From positions 3,968,001 through 4,032,000 of the forward strand of contig JBHGNT010000009.1 in the NCBI GenBank assembly GCA_043228905.1: a DNA stretch of 64,000 nt, written 5' to 3'. Shown piece by piece: positions 61,140-64,000 of this stretch. Under the pieces are notes generated by a model. It did no database searches. It had not been told where the DNA came from and was given only the letters and a program-made list of their open reading frames with translations. Origin of the DNA: Azolla caroliniana. Lineage: Eukaryota; Plantae; Polypodiophyta. Position numbers and translations under genes: made by a program. How positions within the stretch are numbered: position 1 is the first letter of the stretch; each line of letters opens with the position of its first letter.

Positions 61140-62560
61140 TGTAATATTCATTTGAATGGATAGCTCAAGTGTTGAAAAATAGAGCCTTTTACTTTCGATG
61201 AATAGGTAAATATCCCATTTTTTTGTAAACCATTTGTCTCATGGGCCAATTTTGACCTTAGAAGACGTTAATATATCTTTCTTTCTTTCTTTCACCACAG
61301 ATCCTTGCCTTCCTAAACATTCCAAATCCCTTTCAGTACATTATTGTTGTCTGTGGGATAGATTGGTAATTTGGGTATGAAATGAATCTGGATGTAGGTG
61401 AAGTAGGTAAATGCAAGCGTAACAAGGAAGGTAATGAAGAAAATGCAATCGTGAAACGTGGAGCCGAAAACGAGTAAAGATTGAAGCACGCCAAGCGAGA
61501 AAGAAAACTATAAAACATGAAGCAGAAACGAAACAGAGGAGGACAAAAGAGGGAAGAGAAGCTACCTATTTAGAATAGGAATACAGTACTAAGATATGTA
61601 GGATATCTTATTGAACTTTCTGTTTGTAACTCCGGTCATGCGTCGTGCCGTGTATTATTGTTCCGGATTACATAATATATATCTAGTTTTGGGTCTAATC
61701 TGTTATGTGTCTTGAGATCGTTTCTGAACTATAACATCTCGAATTAAGATCTTGTTTTACGGTGTCATGATGTTGCGTGTCCAATGGGAGAAATTGTGAA
61801 ATAGTGTAGTTCCACGCACATTACACAAACGATTATAAATATGGAAATTATCCTAGGACCTAGTGGCATTCGAGTGCATATAGAGGGGTACAGGCAATAT
61901 TTGAACGTTGCACCTCCAAGATAGAAGACATTTATCTTACCATTAGGGCTACTACCAAGTACTTTAAATGTTATGTATTTCTTTTCATATTCAAAAGGCA
62001 TAGGAAAACAACCGTACAAAACCGTGTGCACAAAACCATGTTCCAAGCCCATGGTTTTGTGCATGCCACAAGAAAAACTGTGTTCCCAAAAACCATGGGT
62101 CCAAGCCCATGGTTTTGTGCATGTTAGAAGCATGGATAGACCTATAAAAACCCTCGTAAGGTTTGTGTAAAGGGGGGGCTCAATAGAGGATATAATCACC
62201 ATCACCATCATCATAAATATAAAATTCTTCTTATAATTATACTTCTTATTGTTCATCTTATTTTATCTTTGATCAATCTTATTATACTATTATTGTTCTT
62301 CTTATAATCACATCGTCCTCTTCTCCATTAATTGACAGACATCCTCCCTGGTTTGAGACCCTGGTGGTCTCGTTCAAGCAAAGCACGCATGCAAGTGCAT
62401 CTTCGTGACAACAGCTAATGTACGATGACTATCTCTCTGTATGAAGCGGATTGTCGAGCAATCCCTCTCTCACCTTGACCTCCATCACGTACCACAGTCC
62501 CCTGATCTGATTACCATAGGAGTAATCGAAGGTGTTGTTTCCAAGTTCAAGGAGTCAACA
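61140..62560. mobile_element. Putative solo LTR or unclassified insertion within the L1 RT
   Basis: A non-L1 block bounded by TGTAAT...TCAACA separates HINWRKSSLIS from QLIEY..GKFMYWK. It has TATAAAA at ~62143 and AAAACCATG-type repeats. There is no TSD, and adjacent L1 sequence is missing. Confidence 0.45.
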
Positions 62561-64000
62561 ATGATATGAGACTAGACTTCCTCCAATTAATATGTAATCT
62601 GGAAGCCAATGCAAATTGGTTCCATACAAGCATTCCCTTCTCAAGATTCTCTTGTGAGGCTTGTAGAAACATGAAAGAATAATCAGCCAAAGCTTGTGCT
62701 ACTAGTTTCCCTCCAAACGGGTGTAGACCCACAATGACACTATTTGTTGCAAGCCTTGATAGCATCACTAACAAGGGATGAGTAACAATAGCAAACAAAA
62801 ATGGGCTAAGAGGGCATCCTTGACGAACAGATCTTGTGGGGGCAATATCTGATGTAACTCCCCCATTAAGCATTACTCGAGACACCGCATCTTGTCCTAA
62901 TAAAATATGTGGCGAGATATACAAGGTCCAAAGCCCATTGTATGCATTAACCCAGAAACAAATGACCAATTAACATGATCATAAGCTTTCTCCAAATCTA
63001 ATTGCACCATAATCAATTCTTGATGAGTGTTTCGAGCATAATCCATGGCCATTTGAACATTCAACACATTATGCAATATATTCCTACTTGCAATAAAACC
63101 ATATTGGGCAAGATGTATCAACTTTGGTAAATACTTTTGTAATCTATTTGCCAAGACCTTTGTAAATATTTTATACAACCCCCCCATCAAAGATATAGGT
63201 CTCCATTGATGAAATAACTTGGGAGATGCCACCTTTGGAACTAATTTAATTGAACCAACCTTCCAAGCTTGAGGCATATGACCAGAATCCCAAGAATGTT
63301 GAAACATCAAAGTTAAGGGCCCCTTTAAAATGTTTGAATATCGCTTAAAAACTTCATTTGTCAAGCCATCCCAACCAGGGCTCTTACCACTAGGAAGATG
63401 CCTTAAAACCGTGTCCACCTCATCCTAAGTGAAATCTGCATCCAATTCATGACTAATGAGGTCATGCACAATACGTCCAACCACATCATAAAACTCATGA
63501 CGTGCTCTACTCACCTCATTTGTCATTAACAATTGTGGATCAATCAACTCCTTAAAGTACATAATGAACACATATGTCAATTATTGTAGTAGGATCCACT
63601 ATCAATTCATCCCCTTGCTTTACATGTACCACATTAGATCGAGCATAAGTAGGATGTAACGCTTGGAAAAACAAATGAGATTGGCATTGGTTATCTATGA
63701 GCCCATCCCTCAATTGACGCATCTTCGCATAACGATAACTTTGGCATTGCAACTGAGAAATCACTTGAGGATCATATTTATCCCGCATGATTAATACCAC
63801 ACCTGAATAATGATTATTAAGATGTCCTGCATAGAATAATGAATATCCACTCAAATGAACTATGGATCCTACTAACTCATGACACTTATGTTGAGCACAT
63901 CATACATCTCATTCTTTACTTAACAAAGTTTCCCATAATATATACTTCTTATGAGGAAAACATGCCCCTCACACATTCCATGTTACCACTTTCATTCAAT

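Larger units (their letters stand above)
54751..64000 (-). mobile_element. Degenerate L1-like LINE ORF2 (EN remnant, RT, zf-RVT), interrupted by copia C and a further insertion
   Basis: GKSPGWDG, WRPISL, QYGF, LDLEKAYDHVNW, VRQGCPLSP, QALADY, PKRLGG and KVFIWR motifs occur in ORFs 62897-63418, 62547-62969, 60529-61053 and 59929-60150. A YSGV endonuclease-like remnant lies near 63800. Confidence 0.85.

Noticed and set aside
61765-62256. 163-aa ORF as a captured gene
   Set aside because: It is low-complexity and runs through short AAAACCATG repeats of an LTR-like insertion, with no motif support.

Overview
Eukaryotic land-plant nuclear DNA. It is probably from a non-seed plant such as a fern or lycophyte, inferred from the Tcn1-type chromovirus and RTEX-like LINEs. 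The first ~21 kb hold three intron-containing genes: deoxyhypusine synthase (minus strand, cut by the window start), peroxin PEX13 (minus) and, head-to-head with it, the kinetochore factor KNL2 (plus; SANTA domain and CENPC-k motif, with an internal array of duplicated exons). The other ~43 kb are nested retroelements: Ty1/copia copies, a young intact Ty3/gypsy chromovirus, a truncated gypsy with a tRNA-Trp PBS, solo LTRs, and L1-like and RTEX-like LINEs. The chromovirus has 549-bp LTRs differing at 2 sites, a TSD, an apparent Tf1-type self-priming site, a -1 frameshift signal and an antisense tRNA-like A/B-box module in U3. Split target-site duplications show that ~47.9-53.2 kb is an inverted, partly duplicated block. 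All coordinates and alignments were read by eye; no database searches were run.
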